From positions 186,001 through 250,000 of the forward strand of contig JALMLS010000461.1 of the NCBI GenBank assembly GCA_038496445.1: 64,000 nt of DNA. The letters are read 5' to 3'. A model generated the notes under the pieces. That model was not told the DNA's origin. It saw only the letters and a program-made list of their open reading frames with translations, and did not search any database. This DNA is from Trichosphaerium sp. ATCC 40318 (taxonomy: Eukaryota; Protista; Tubulinea). The position numbers and the translations under genes were made by a program. Position 1 is the stretch's first letter; each line of letters starts with the position of its first letter. Shown in pieces: positions 25,134-38,969 of this stretch.

Positions 25134-28100
25134 GTCAAACAGGTAAAGTGTCCCAAAACATGTAAAATGTCCCAGAAAAAAATGGTTAAGTTTTTTTTGT
25201 ACAGGTCTAAAAAAATATACCAGTTTTTTTGGTATATACCACTTTTATACCACTTTTTTATACCAGTTTTTTATGGTATATACCAAAAAAAGTGGTATAT
25301 TTTGACTGAAATATACCAAAAAAAGTGGTATATTGACCAAATATACCAACAATATACCAAAAAAAACAGGTATAAAAACAGAAAATATACCACTTTTTTT
25401 CACCAGAAAAAAAAAAATATACCACTTTTTTATACCACTTTTTTTAGGTATATACCACTTATATACCACTTTTTTATACCAGTTTTTCATGGTATATACC
25501 ACTCTTATATACCACTTTATGCTTACTTATGGTACACCTGCAATTCCAGAAAATACACTTTATTTAATACACAGTTTGTGAGTTACAAGTTTTGGACAAT
25601 GTCCACTACAGTTACATTACTATGGGCGTCTGGAAAATTTGTCCATCTCCATGATCTTGCTGTACCTACTGTAAAAACATGCTGCGCACCTAATGAAAGT
25701 GGTCCCACCTGAATCCATCAATTACTAAGGCCTACGGAGGTCGGTTAATGTATATCAAACGAAAATAAAATAAAACTTTGTCTGGTACCCACGAACGTCT
25801 GTATAATACCTGCAATATAGTTTCCTTAATGTAGATACTGGAATCAGGTCCTGCGGTTCGAATGAGCTTGGTTTGGTTAGATTCTATGATATACTAAGGT
25901 ACCTACGCACCGTTTAATGTATGACGTCTATGATCATTCAACAAGAAAACCCATTACCAAAAAGCTCCTTAATGACCTTCTTGAAGCATACCATAAAAGT
26001 GGTATATACCAATAAAAAGGTGGTATATACCACATACCATAAAAAAATGGTATATACCACTTTATATACCATTTTTAGAAGGTCTCATTATGTGAATGAA
26101 AAGTGGTATATACCACTTCCATATACCTCTTTTTTATTCACTTAATTTCTAAAAAAAGTGGTATTTCAAAATGGTATATACCAGTCCATATACCATTTTG
26201 TTGAAAAAAGTGGTATATACCATAAAAAAACTGGTATATACCACTTTAATTTTTAGACCTGTAATTCTGTTTTTAATGTTGTGCTGGTATCATATTTTTT
26301 TAACAGTTCGAGACAGTTGTAGCAACACTGTTGTGCACCCAATTACATTGTGATAGTTTGGATGAGCCTTTGTTTCCTAGTGTAATATTCTACTTTTGTC
26401 CTATTTCCAATGTATTACTAATATCATCTGCCAAGGTAACACTATGCTCGTAATGTAATGTGGTATTGATGACCACTATACACACCTAGAATCAAAATTC
26501 CTAAAATTTGCATACTTGCTTCAGGTGCCTTTTTTTGGGAATGTCTTTGCAGTATAAAATTAATTTTTATTGTATACGCTCTCCCTACTGTTCTCAATAT
26601 TCTGGGTGGGTTTTTTCTGCTTGCATGTATGCACTATCCCATTTCCTATTGATTCTGTACCTGAACTATAATCTCTATTTGTTAGTGTGTATGAATTGTA
26701 GCCAAAAAATAGTGCATGAAATGTGTACACATCCCCAGCCTTCATGTTGCATAAGAACTTTTTTGAGTGATTGATAAGCGGTACCATACGCAATATATAT
26801 TCTACAGCATATTTAAAGATGTCAAATTTATAGTCAGTATGCATGAAATATTAAAAAACGAATTTAAGCCATTTCTTTTTTTTTTTCTCCAAAAAATACT
26901 TTGCAATGGTTTAGGTATACACCAAAGACTTTTCAAGCGTTTTAATTAATCCAAGCGAACGTATCTATAGATATTGCACGATATATATGCTCAAATTAAG
27001 AATCAAACTTTCTGTCGTAGCTGCAGCATGCTCACTCTAACTATTGCACATTATTTTATTGCACAACTTGTTGTGGCTAGTGAACAGCTGTAAATAGGTT
27101 ACTGAAAACCAATCACATACACACACCACAAAAATATCATAGGTTCACTGGATAGATGTTGTAAATGGTAAAGTTTTTTCAGACAAGCAGATCAACAAGT
27201 ATCAAATACTAGCAGAATAGTGAAAATATTGAGCAAAAAAAGTGTTCATTTCATATCATGGAACCACATCAACTTTAATACTGTTTCCTGCCCAGTATTT
27301 GATGATATAGTTGAGGTAACATGAAACTAAAAATTGGACGATTCCGTCCATGTGAAAGCGAAATTCAAAAGGTTCAGTTTATGTTGACACTTTTTCAGCA
27401 GATTCAGTGAGAACAATGGAGTGCACCTTGCAATTAGCCAAGGTCAAAAAATCCAATGTGATATTCCCCATAGGGGTTGTGGAGATAATATCACATTGCA
27501 TTTGCTTTGTTGATATTCTTACCTGGTGAGTAAATTTGTGGGAAAGCAAAAACATACTAGTAAGAAAAAGTAATGTGCACTCTTTCGAGAATAGCTTGAA
27601 TTTATTGTTGGAATTAGTTGTAGGTTTTAATTCTTTTGTATTACAGTCAACAGCATAGCGCCAATGGGTAGAGATAATATTGGGAAACAGAATCACTTCA
27701 CAACAGAAATCTGATAAACTTTTATTGAGTAGTAGCAATCAATGTCTCCTTTCAGTATTGGTTTGTTTTTTGGGGAACACACAACCCACAAGTTACGGGA
27801 TGAATACAGAGAACACACGCATAAGATGTACCAATTGGAAGAGTATCCCTCAAGTTTTTTTTCTTATTTTCGTTAACAGTAAATTTTTAACGTTCAATTT
27901 CTCTGCACGTGTTGGTTATCACGTGCTCTTTTGCAGTTAATTCTGGTACAATTATAAGCGTGCACCTTCTCCACTTAAAACTAGGTTCCGTGACATATCA
28001 GGCTCCTCATTTCATCAGCCTCAAAATTTTACCGCATCAAACACGTTGTTTGTGCGGCGACCTCGTTTTGATTAGTTAGAGCTCTGTTTGTGAAAAAAAA

Positions 28101-28145
28101 TATTTGGGACACTTTACCTGTTTTAGGACACTTTTCATGTTTGAC
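25134..28145. mobile_element. TIR DNA transposon relic with TA target duplication (Tc1/mariner-type target) and a nested MITE
   Basis: Left TA|GTCAAACAGGTAAAGTGTCCCAAAAC; right reverse complement TA|GTCAAACATGAAAAGTGTCCTAAAACAGGTAAAGTGTCCCA; interior has only broken ORFs. Confidence 0.7.
25202..26261. mobile_element. Non-autonomous MITE/foldback-like element with GGTATATACC/TATACCAC subterminal arrays
   Basis: TA|CAGGTCTAAAAA ... TTTTTAGACCTG|TA; dense repeats at about 25215-25520 and 25985-26245. Confidence 0.82.
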
Positions 28146-28240
28146 TAATTTGTTTTATTCGCTTTTGTTTGATTTAGAGGTCCCATTAACAGTAAAATCC
28201 AAAGAACAACATAACGCGTTCTTTATTCGTTTAGTTCTTA

Positions 28241-29615
28241 TCAAAAAAGGTACTGTAATCTATTTCCAGCAAATATAATCAAGTTACGTTTCAATAAAAT
28301 ATTTACAATTTCTTCCAACTCATCATCAGAAAGAGGTGTTTTTCCTTTTTTTGTGACACCATTAATAGAATTCTTAAGCTTCCTCTTGTTCTTTGGTCTT
28401 CCTTCAGGAGATCCTAGAAAGACATAAGCGAAAAAACCAACCGAGGTGTAACCCAGCAAAGGGAAACTTGTGTTACCTTTGCTTAACATTTCAACAACTT
28501 TCATCACGTGATTACTTAAGTCACCAATAGGTGCTTTTGGTTTTTCGTTTATGCTTGATGCTATAGCTTTATCAATCTCAGGGTGATCTTCCAGGCCACT
28601 CAATTTTGAACTCAGTCTAATCATCTTCGGTAGTCCAGCAGCGAACAAGAAACAAGGTCGGCTAAAACGAAAAAAAAGTCAGGAAAGAATGTCTCCATGT
28701 TTTCTGATTTTTTTCTTACCCAAGTTGACGAAGATGGTACAGTACGTTCTGCATTCCTTTGTCCTCAGAAATAATAAGAAACGGTACTTCTATAGGAGCT
28801 ATTTGATGCATTAACCCTGTATACAGTGCAAGTGCAAAATCACTGGCGTTTGGTGCAACTTTTGGAGTGAAGATAACACGCATTTCTGCAAGGAACGTGG
28901 TTAGTACGAATCCTGTAGATGCTACTATCAAGGATATGTCTGTACCTTGGTTTCTGTATTTTTCTGCCATCATTGGGAGCAATCGTGTTGACACCTTAGG
29001 AAGTGCCTGGAGGAGAATAAGACAATAGTTCGAAAGATATTTCTTGAACAGAGAAAAACTCCGTTCTAGATGAAGCCATGAATCGGGTTTTGGCTTAAAA
29101 GGCGTACAGGGCCACCAAATAAATACGACAAGCAGCTTTTACATTCTGGTTCAACAATATGAACTAGTTCGGAGCTACAATTGTCTAGGTCGAAGAAAAG
29201 TATATGAGATGGTTTGTAGTGTAGTGTAAGGAGCTTTGCAGGATCATTTGTAACAAACAATGAGTTTGCCTGCGTAAATGTTATTTAAATACTCTACAAG
29301 GAGGCTTTAACGCGCCTGGTGCTCCTCTTTGTTCCTATTAACGGGCTCTTTTCGGTTATTTTGCTCTTCTATTACTTTTTTGCTATCTGACACTATAAGA
29401 TTCAATGGAAGCCTTTCTGTTTCCTGATACTCGAATTGCTTTGCTATTTGCGCGTCTAGGTCCTAAAACGCTTAGAAAAATTGTTAGTACGTTTTATAAT
29501 GTACCACACGATTTAATGGTTGTTCAGTATCACCATCGTGCGTTGTAACGTGTATTAACAAATCTGAAAGATTAAACGACTTGAAACAGTACGGACAGTT
29601 CTCTCTATCTTCCAT
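28241..29615 (-). CDS. C2H2 zinc finger + PIN-like nuclease domain protein, multi-exon
   Basis: CPYC...IHVTTH; LFFDLDN, NASDFALALYTG, PFLIISEDKG (PIN acidic motifs resembling the ZNF451 C-terminal PIN); C-terminal RPKNKRKLKNSI...LSDDELEEIV helical domain. Confidence 0.7.
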
Positions 29616-30702
29616 AAGGGCAGGTAGGTACAAAATAGTAAATTCTGTTAAGCAATGTCTGATGGCATTACGTGAAATTTCAGTTTTGATGTTTTACATC
29701 ATATTTACACGTGGCGCAGTGTTCTTTGTTTATTTGACGCCAACAAGCCAGCTACAAGTTTATTGCTATGGCAATGAAGCTTAAAATTTTGCAAGTTTCG
29801 TGTCATTTACGTTGAAAACTTGTACAGTTTTCACATGCGAATTTTTGCAAGAAAACTAGCAGAAAAGTCGGCCTTCGTTACCTCTTGTTTACATCGAAAC
29901 ACAACCAATAATGCTCATCCATTGAAAAATAGTATACAAAGCGGTACAGCATCTAGAAATCACATTCAGTGTTATCAATTAAGATTAATATTTTGGGGTT
30001 TTTTTTAAATGGTTTTATTGAACTAGTATTGTTTGGGTTGTGTACGAAATAACAAGACTATTGTTTGGTGTTTTATCTGAGTTAGGAGGAGATGTGAGAA
30101 CATCTCAGATTTCCATTTGTACAAATCTAAACGAAGCTGTATGTAGCAAAGTCTTTTCAATAGGGATGTTTCATTTGCCTTTCGAAATCAATCAATTTCA
30201 GTTTCCTTGCAATACTTAGCACATTCCTTGGTCGTCCTACAATTGTTCGAATTTGTTAGAAAATTAAGTGAGTGTGGGATTTGATCTGAAATAACACTAT
30301 TTTGTGGTAGTGCCTAAGCCAGATTTTTCGAGACGGTTTGTGAACATAGGTAGCCTTTTGCAAATCTGCAAGCTATACTATTAGTGTATCCTTATGTAGT
30401 ACTTTATGTGAGCATAAGTGTAGAAAGTCACGTGTGCAACAAATCGGGAGTGGCCTTTTAAAAAGTTGGGTTTCATAAAATAAGGCTATTTCATATCAAA
30501 TCTGTGGGACAACGAATGCAAGCAAGTAGAGGACTCGGTTTGCTTTCGGTCACAATTTGTCGGGCATTGCAATGGTGCGGTTTATTTGATGTAGAAATAA
30601 AAAAATAGCCATAATTCCATTTAAAAAACATGAATGAATATAGATTATTTCAACGCGTTTGAACAGAGTGGACCAAACTGTCCTTTTTTTTCTTTCGGTA
30701 TT

Positions 30703-33083
30703 GTTTTGGTAGAAGCTTTCGTTAAATTGTACAACCCAAATTTTGGAAGCTATTGGGCACGCATAGGGTTCCGGAATGCGTATCCGCAATTTCTTGGCTT
30801 TTTGACAAAATACTACCCAAGCTTGAACTAGAATCCCCACTTGTTGACCGGGAAAGAAATTCCGGAATACTACATAACCCTATGAATCCATTACTAAAAA
30901 ACCCGACAAACTTAATGTGTCAATTCCTAAAAATAACAATCCGTTTAATAAAACACTCATGAATGTTAATTAGCTCTCTACACGTAAAGACTGGACAGGT
31001 TTAGATTTAGTCACACCAAAACCACATAATCATACTTAATTAAGCACACAACAGCTAAATTTAGTGCTATTAAAATCATAAAAGCTATTTTCGTACACAC
31101 AACGCAACATGTACAACATACAAGCTGTTGTATCTTTCTGTTTTGTAGTCGCATTCCTGCAACTAGCAGTCACTCAGACTCTAATACATGAATTTAACTT
31201 TGACGGCAACCTATCAGATAGTGTTGGTAATGGGTATGCTGGAAACGCCTTTTGAATGATTTTCTGACTGTTTCTCGAAATAGAAACTTAACAATAGGCA
31301 TACCGGAGGTCTACAACATGACAGAGGGCTGTTTAGAGCTTCCAGATACTACAAACCCATTTCTGATACTAAACAACCCTGTCACGCTTATAAACAACCC
31401 ATACACTATTGTAATACAACTTGATATTGATTTATCAACTTCCGCTGCGTGGGGGAGAATCCTTGGATGGGATATTACCTCGGATGCTGGATTTTACTTT
31501 AATGGGAACGAGCTTAATCTTGCTGCTTCTGCAGATCCTTCTAGAACTAGTTCGCTTCAAAGTGGTTTTATGTCAATCTTTTTCGCGTACGTCAGCAACC
31601 AAATTGAGTTCAAAAACACATGTTCAGTTTACTAACTTTTTGTTCATTTCAGGTATGATCCTTCAACACGAAATGCTACTTATGGTATTATTGAAGATTC
31701 ATCAATACTGGAATCAACTATCAGTTCTTCTTTACCAACTATTACAGATACAGTACGAATAATGACAGATGAAAATGGCGGAGGCGAGCATTATAAGTCT
31801 TGTGTGTATACAGTGATGTTCTATTCTGGAGCTTTTATTCCAACACTGAACACGCCCCCATTTACTAGACGTCCGAGTGCTCCAACTACTATACCTCCGA
31901 CTACTGCGCCTCCAACTACTGTGCCTCCGACTACTGCGCCTCCGACTACTATACCTCCAACTACTATACCTCCAACTACTACAACTCCGACTACTGCGCC
32001 TCCGACTACTGCGCCTCCGACTACTGCGCCTCCAACTACTATACCTCGGACTACTACAGCACCAACTACCATGCCTCTGACTACTACAACACCAACTACT
32101 GTGACTCCAAATACTACCCCAACAACCGAACCGCCAACTGCTGCCCCAACTGTACCTCCAACCACTCTAACAGGTGTAATTCAAACAAATGCACCTACTT
32201 CTGTATCACCTACAACTATTTCTCCAACGACTGATCAACCAAGTACACCGGGAGCAATATCTTGCTCTTACATTTCAATACCTTCACTAACTGTGTTGTT
32301 TGTTACTATATTTGCATTACTTGTAATATAATAAAGTCATCGCACATGTTTGTTTTGTTGTTTCTTTAATAGCCTTGTCAAACTTTAAATTTAGTATGTA
32401 CAGCTTCAAGGGAAAGTTAAAATAAAACAATAAAGTACCATGCTGTGTGATGTAATAAGTCACCATACTCTGAACCTTTCATTTGCGTTATTTCTTTTCT
32501 TGTTGTTTTCTTAGCTAACATAGTCAAGAACTACTGAGATTCTAGTACTAACAGGATATGTTTGACATTTATAGTGGTTTAACTTTGAAGAGTTATGGCA
32601 AAGCAAGTTGCTTTTTGATAATTGCTGGAACGCCTCAGATCTATGAAAGTGGAACTTTGAAGCAAAGGTTGTATGTGATGGTAGTGATAGTCGAAATATG
32701 TTTTAGATTCAGAGTATGAGTTTCACAATTGCAATAAGTCTAAATAAGGTTCACTATAGAAATGTAGAATGAAAATAACCAAGAAAGCTGTTGTGTTATA
32801 AGATGAGCATTCATAGTAAGGTTTAGCAAGTCATAGTAAATTGTAAGGTTTGAGCTAAGAATCGACGCTAAGAATAAGCCGACAATAACAGTATTCGAAT
32901 GTTAAAGAAATAGTTCTGAGATTAAGAGGTTCTAAATAAACTCAGAAAAAAAGACAGCGAGCAGTAAATAAGCAACAGCGTAGAAGTAAAATGGTAGTTT
33001 TTGTGTACAAGTTTACAAACAATAACCCAGAAAGCAGCAAACAAGCGACAGCGTAGAAACGGAAATTAATATGATTTTGAGTT
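30703..33083 (+). repeat. Inverted segmental duplication, arm 1 (partner 47418-49952)
   Basis: Upstream region, gene, introns and downstream region match the reverse complement of about 47418-49952 over long near-identical stretches. Confidence 0.93.
31109..32331 (+). CDS. Surface protein copy A: signal peptide, LamG/ConA-like domain, PPTT mucin stalk, GPI-like tail
   Basis: MYNIQAVVSFCFVVAFLQLAVT; HEFNFDGNLSDSVG; WGRILGWD; (PPTT)n; hydrophobic C-terminus SLTVLFVTIFALLVI; two short introns. Confidence 0.8.
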
Positions 33084-33400
33084 GGTCACATTATTGTAAT
33101 ACAAGACGAATACGTGTGGGGTAAAATAAACGCCGATATGTTAGAAAAAGGAGCAGGATACGTTTTTCAATGGCACTTGATGTTCGTATGGTGTTTAACA
33201 AAAAAGGGTCAAATATTTGGCCGAGAACGCTTATATGGTACTTTCACCGCTATAACACGCACAATCAAGTGACTACTGTGCTTGGCGAGATAATTGTGAA
33301 ACAAAAAAAAGTTAACTTAATCACGTGTGATTTAGCATGTTTCCAACAGTTTTTTTCATTAATTTCAAAACAACCCGACAGTTACAACAACTAAACAAAA

Positions 33401-35037
33401 ATGTCCGGAGCAATACTTAAACATCCTGAACGTAAGAGTGGACTCAGTGAGTACCGTCTACTTGGCAAATCAGGTATGTCACGCCATAAAGTGCGCTCAT
33501 TTTCTTAACTTCCACTTCAAGGCCTTCGCGTATCGCCTCTGTGCTTGGGTATAATGACTTGGGGACAACATTGGAAAGCTTTCGGTATGTTATTCTCTAT
33601 CTTCAACCTGCTCCATCTAATACACCTGAAGGAGTCCACATGGAGAAAGAAGAAGCCAAGAAGGTCTTTAAGCATTTCATTGCTGAAGGTGGTAATTTCT
33701 TTGATACCGCAGTCAATTACCAAAACGGCCAATCTGAGGAATGGTTGGGCGAATTTATGGAAGAAGCTGGTAACCGCGAAGAGGTACGCAATGTGAAAAA
33801 ATCACAATACCAACTTCTTGTTGTGAATGAAAATGAAAATAGTTTCCTTTTTTTTCCTCCGTTGTTGAAAATTGTTTCTAAGTTTTTCTCGTTTGTACTT
33901 GGTCTCATTCTCTTTTTCGTAGCTCGTCATTGCGACCAAGTTTAGCGCACCTTTTTTTGGCGTTCCAGTGAACATTAACCATGCTGGAAACGGTTTAAAG
34001 AACATGTTGTACTCAATAGATTTGTCGTTGAAGAGACTTAAAACATCATACATTGTACGTCAAGCAACATCTTTTGTTGAAACATTCACGTGCTGATTCT
34101 TCTTTTAGGATGTTTTATATGTACACGTATGGGACTACACCACACCTATCGAAGAAGTAATGCGTGGTTTGGACACTTTGGTAAGTAATCCCTTCTGGTT
34201 TTGAGACGGAAAACAGACAAAGAATTTGTATTAGACATGTTCTTTAAATCATTGACGGTTTTGTTGTGTAGGTTCGTTCTGGTAAAGTTCGATACATTGC
34301 AGTGTCTGATACACCAGCTTGGGTTGTTTCTTACGCTCAAGCAATCGCTGATAAATATGGATGGGCGTAAGTGCATACAATTTTCCCTTCTATGTAAGGT
34401 TGATGTTCTTCTTAGCAAGTTTATCGCTTACTCAGGCCGCTACAACGTTGGCGATAGAGAGTTTGAAGCTGATGTGATCCCAATGTCTCTTCAAATGGGT
34501 CTTGGCGGTGTACCGTGGGCAGCTCTCGGTGGTGGAAAGTTTACCGGAAGATTTTTGCGTGGACAAGAGGTACATCTTTATAACAGTCGGAGAACCATGT
34601 ACTAAATTATGATACAGGCAGGAGAAGGTCAAAGGATGGTTCAAATGAGCGAAAAGGACTACGACATTGCTGACGAACTTGTCAAAATCTCAAAAGAACT
34701 CGAATGTACTCCTTCTCAAGTTTCATTGAACTGGGTACTCCAACAACGTGGTATCACGTCTGCTCTTGTTGGTATTTCGAAAGTTCGTCATTTGAAGGAT
34801 AACATTGGTGCTTTGGAGAGTAAATTCAGACTCACTAAAGGTACTTTCTTAATCTTTTGGAGAAGACTTCAACACTAACACGTGATTTTTTCTTGATTAG
34901 ATCATATGGAACGTTTGGCCAAGGTTGCTGACTACAAGGTACCTTTCCCACATAGCATGTTGGGTGGTACTAAAACAAGTGAAATCTACTGGATCAAACC
35001 TGCTGGCAAGATTGTTGACGGGTATTCAAACTGTTGA
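33401..35037 (+). CDS. Aldo-keto reductase (aryl-alcohol dehydrogenase-like), multi-exon
   Basis: YRLLGKSGLRVSPLCLG, GGNFFDTAVNYQNGQSE, IATKF, DVLYVHVWD, VRSGKVRY; D-Y-K-H tetrad present. Confidence 0.93.
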
Positions 35038-36364
35038 TATCTCCAACCAATTTGTGGAGATTCTAGCTAAAAAAAAAAGACAAGTTAAATGTATGGAAAG
35101 GGCAGTAGAGGCTATAATAATGAAGGCTAGTGTAAATAAGCACAATATCTTCTTGTATTATATTTAGCCAAGTATACTGAACAATAAAGCATTTATCTAT
35201 CACGTACTTGTTTTAGCTAAAAATATGTCACCAATTTTGACATGATTTCAATTGACTGTTTATGCTGTACCGAGAAACAGTATTTCTAAAAATGGCTCAA
35301 AAGCGATGCTGTACCATTACGTTAGGGACACTTATTCATAAACTTGAGGAAGAATGTAAGGTTGTGGTGCACCACAAATACAGTTAATTTGACCAAAAAA
35401 AAGGTGAAGCCTACAAAGTTGACTTTTTTTATCTTTATTCATTGTTAACTGCATCGTCACACGTGTACAACAATAAGAAAGTACCTGATACACATATATT
35501 CATTTCTTCCAATGATTCCTTGGCCTCAAGATGACCGAACCTATACAGCTTTTAGCAAGCACACAAATACAAGTTTTATTGGCATACTTTTTAATAAACT
35601 CCGGAATGGTTGTATCAACAGCTACAAACAGTAAGTTAGAATAGGTACATCTTGAGTACATGAGAAAACGTACTGTTGTGAGAGTATGGGTTGCGTCCGA
35701 CTGCCCTAATTTCGTTAACCAGGGGCGAGCGCATCTCGAAGTATTGCTAGAACACGATTTAGGTTAACTACATGTTTTGTAACTCACATTAGGGTTCAAC
35801 ATCTGGCTTGGCGCCTTTCCTTCAAGGAGTTGCTGATTTTGATTTGGTTCAGCCCTGGATATGCAAGCGTTGAACACATGAGAGAAAAGCAACTAAAAGG
35901 CTCTTATGGCGTTAAACATACATTCTGTTTGTTTGACAGTTTAACCTTCTTTGAATATTAAAGCTATCGTATGAGTAAATCAACTAAGTATCCTTTAAGT
36001 TTGACACACAAGGTTGCCAAGCATTCACTAAACTATTTGACTTAGCGCCGAAATTGAGAATTGTACAGGATTCTTACTATTCGAAGATCTGCATGCTTGT
36101 CTATGTTAGTCCTTTCAATGAAACATAACAGGAAAAAGAGTTTGGCCACAACAGAGGTGAGTGACAATGACGTAGTTGGCTAATCTGTTAACCCTTTTAT
36201 GGCGGCTGCAGAGATTTTGATTGGTCGCTAGTTGCCATCGTGATTGACGTTGTATTGTCGTTCTTTTCTGGTCAATCCAAAAGTTTGAAATGTGACGTCT
36301 TGTTTTCACATTTGTTTTATCCATAATTGTGTATACAAGTCAGAGCGTAGTCTTTTCTAACAAT

Positions 36365-37695
36365 ATGACAAGACACCTGTATTGCTTTATTCTTTGTTTC
36401 TCTTCAATACTATTACTCCACTATTGCAAAGCAACGCCCTGGGTTCATAAGTGGGATACATTATCAGATATGCTTTATATGCACGGCACAAATGGGAGCG
36501 GTATGTTAACAGATGCTCAAATAAAGTTCATGGCAACAAACTACAAAATAATTACGTTTGGAAATTGCTTTGGATCTTTCAAGTATGGTACCACAAATGA
36601 AGAAGCTGTGCTAAAAGCTGCTTCTGAAGTAAAGGTAAATCACGTGATACAAAAACGAAAGGTTAACGTATTTTTCAGGCGGTTAATCCAGACGTAAAAA
36701 TAATTTTTTACTTCAAGTCGGATATTGGCGAACAACTCGCAGAGTGTTCTAGTGCTTCTAAAACGTGGTTACAAAATGAAGATAAATGGGCTCTTCGTGA
36801 TGATAAAGGCAACATCGTTTACCATAGTAGTACGCTTTATAACGTAATAGAATACGCGCTTATGTCTTTACTAGACTCGGTAATGTTTGACCCAACTAAA
36901 CAAGATTTTGTTGACTTTTTTGTTGGCCATTTAGTGGATCTAGCAAAACATCGCCTCAGTAATGGAAAGGTAATAATTGACGGATTCTTCCTTGACGGCA
37001 TGCCAAACTCTGATACGCAAATATCAAACCTTACAAAAGCGGAAAATGACGCTCACAACAAAGCTCAAACGGCAATGATAAGAAAATTGCAAGATTCATT
37101 AAATGGACTTGGAGAAAACCAAAAAGCTCTAATGAACGGCTTAGACAGCGATTACGCTCTGAATCTTCACGTTGAAGGAGGATCAGCGTCAATGGTTGAT
37201 CACTTTGCTATACTTCAGTTTCTTGACTCTAAAACTGGAAAAATGATACCTGAAGCCATGCAACACCTCTTATTCGAAGTAATAACTTCTCCATTGAACA
37301 GTAACCGCACTCTCGAGATAAAGAGTTGGCCTGGACCGCTTATTCATCCAAAGACATGGCCTAACAATACCATCCCTAAAACACCTGCAGGATTACGACA
37401 GATGATGACTGACGAGTTTAATAATGCGTTATCGTACTTTTTACTCATTGCGGAGGAGAACCACTGGTGGGGATACTCATTATTCTGGGGAATCTCGGAT
37501 TATATCCCTTATGGAAAAGATCACACTTGTCCAGATAACTTTTATCCGCACTTACATTGTAAACTTGGTGCTCCAAAAGGTCCAGCAAAACGTGTTTCAA
37601 ACACGTGGGTTTACACTCGTGAGTTTGAATTTGCAAGCGTTTATGTTGACTTGTCAAACAGAGCTGTATCAAAAGTAACTTGGCACGACTGCTAA
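36365..37695 (+). CDS. Secreted putative glycoside hydrolase (GHL15-like), two introns
   Basis: Signal peptide; IDGFFLDG; C-terminal LGAPKGPAKR...VYTREFEFASVYVD resembles the hypothetical GH15-like family as recalled, not searched. Confidence 0.6.
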
Positions 37696-38969
37696 ATCTC
37701 AATAAAGTCAACCTTCATTCGTCAGTTTTTTTTGATTTTGTTGCATGACTAAAAGACGTTTGTAATGTTGGAAATGAAACAAATGTCAAAAGGTGGAAAA
37801 AGTTTTCAAAGTAGACACTGATGACTGTGAAGTTAAAGACAACATGAGTTTGGTTCTTTTCTTTGCATGTCGTGATAGGTGTTAAGTCAACACTTGGTTT
37901 TAAGTTTCATGTTCCCTCACACACCAGAACTCTTGTACATACGGTCAATGTCAGATTTCAAGCAACGCAATTAATCATTTTAAAATTTCGTTTATTTATT
38001 CTACTTCTTTTCTTCCTTTTCTTTCTTCTCCTCTTCAATTTGTTCCTCAGTTTTATTTACTTGTGGCTTCATAGCAAGGGAAAAGAATAACCTCCTATAC
38101 GCAAGGCGTTAATCAATGAATAATACATAAAATGGGACCATCAAGTTTCAATCTTCTTGAAGTCCCAACTGTAAGTAATTCAACAGTGGACGCATTTGTA
38201 GCTAATGTTCAAGTCTCTAACATTTGAACTATAGAGGCAGATGCTAATGCATTTATTGATGGACAAACAGCTTTTGTTGCAGTTGAACTAGGAAATGCTA
38301 ACGCTTTGCTATTTTATACATTTCTCATAGTTATCACTGGTGCTACAAAATGGTTTTATTATATACGTCGCTCTAAAAAAGTAACCATGAAGGGAAGTGT
38401 GTAGAAACAAAAAACAAATACGAACTAATGTAAATAAAATAAATAAAACTAAAAGTCCCGAAAGTACCCTTCCTTAACACAAAATATTTCGTCTTGTGAA
38501 GTCAGATTACTTGTTAAAATTGAGTTGTATAGATATCATATTAGTTGATTATGTTTACCCACGTGCATGATCTACATATGGGCTGGTTAAATCACGTGGT
38601 TTGAAACGGCTAGATTCACAAAAAAGAAATTGTTGACTTGAAAAGCGCAGTGGCAGGTCACATTTAAATATGATAGAGTTGCAAGTTCTGTCAGAAGCGA
38701 CAGATAGGTTAAAACATGGATTTTTTTTGCTAAAAGTCAGTCTGTCTCTAAACTTGAAATGAGACAGACAACAGTACTGCTTTCAAAACAGTAGCTTACC
38801 TGTATGTTAAAATTCATTTTGTATGTTGATTTCGGTGGTTAGCGTTATTGTCGGTCGCTACTTGAGGAAAAAACGAATTTATTAGTCAACATCCTGTAAA
38901 TAAATTTTCCGATCATCTAACAATAACATAATAACAAACATAGCCACGTTTCGAGCGTATATTAGCAAA

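Noticed and set aside
25167-26353. Tyr/Lys/Ile-rich ORFs
   Set aside because: Translations of the MITE's TATACC repeats.
31821-32165. Val/Gly-rich and Leu/Arg-rich ORFs (also 48442-48837, 48527-48760)
   Set aside because: Antisense or alternate-frame shadows of the PPTT repeat.
35165-36100. Possible minus-strand spliced gene
   Set aside because: Exon-like stretches exist, but I could not build a consistent ORF or recognise a domain.
38130-38400. Membrane-protein-like coding fragment
   Set aside because: Interrupted by stops and frameshifts, with no recognisable family.
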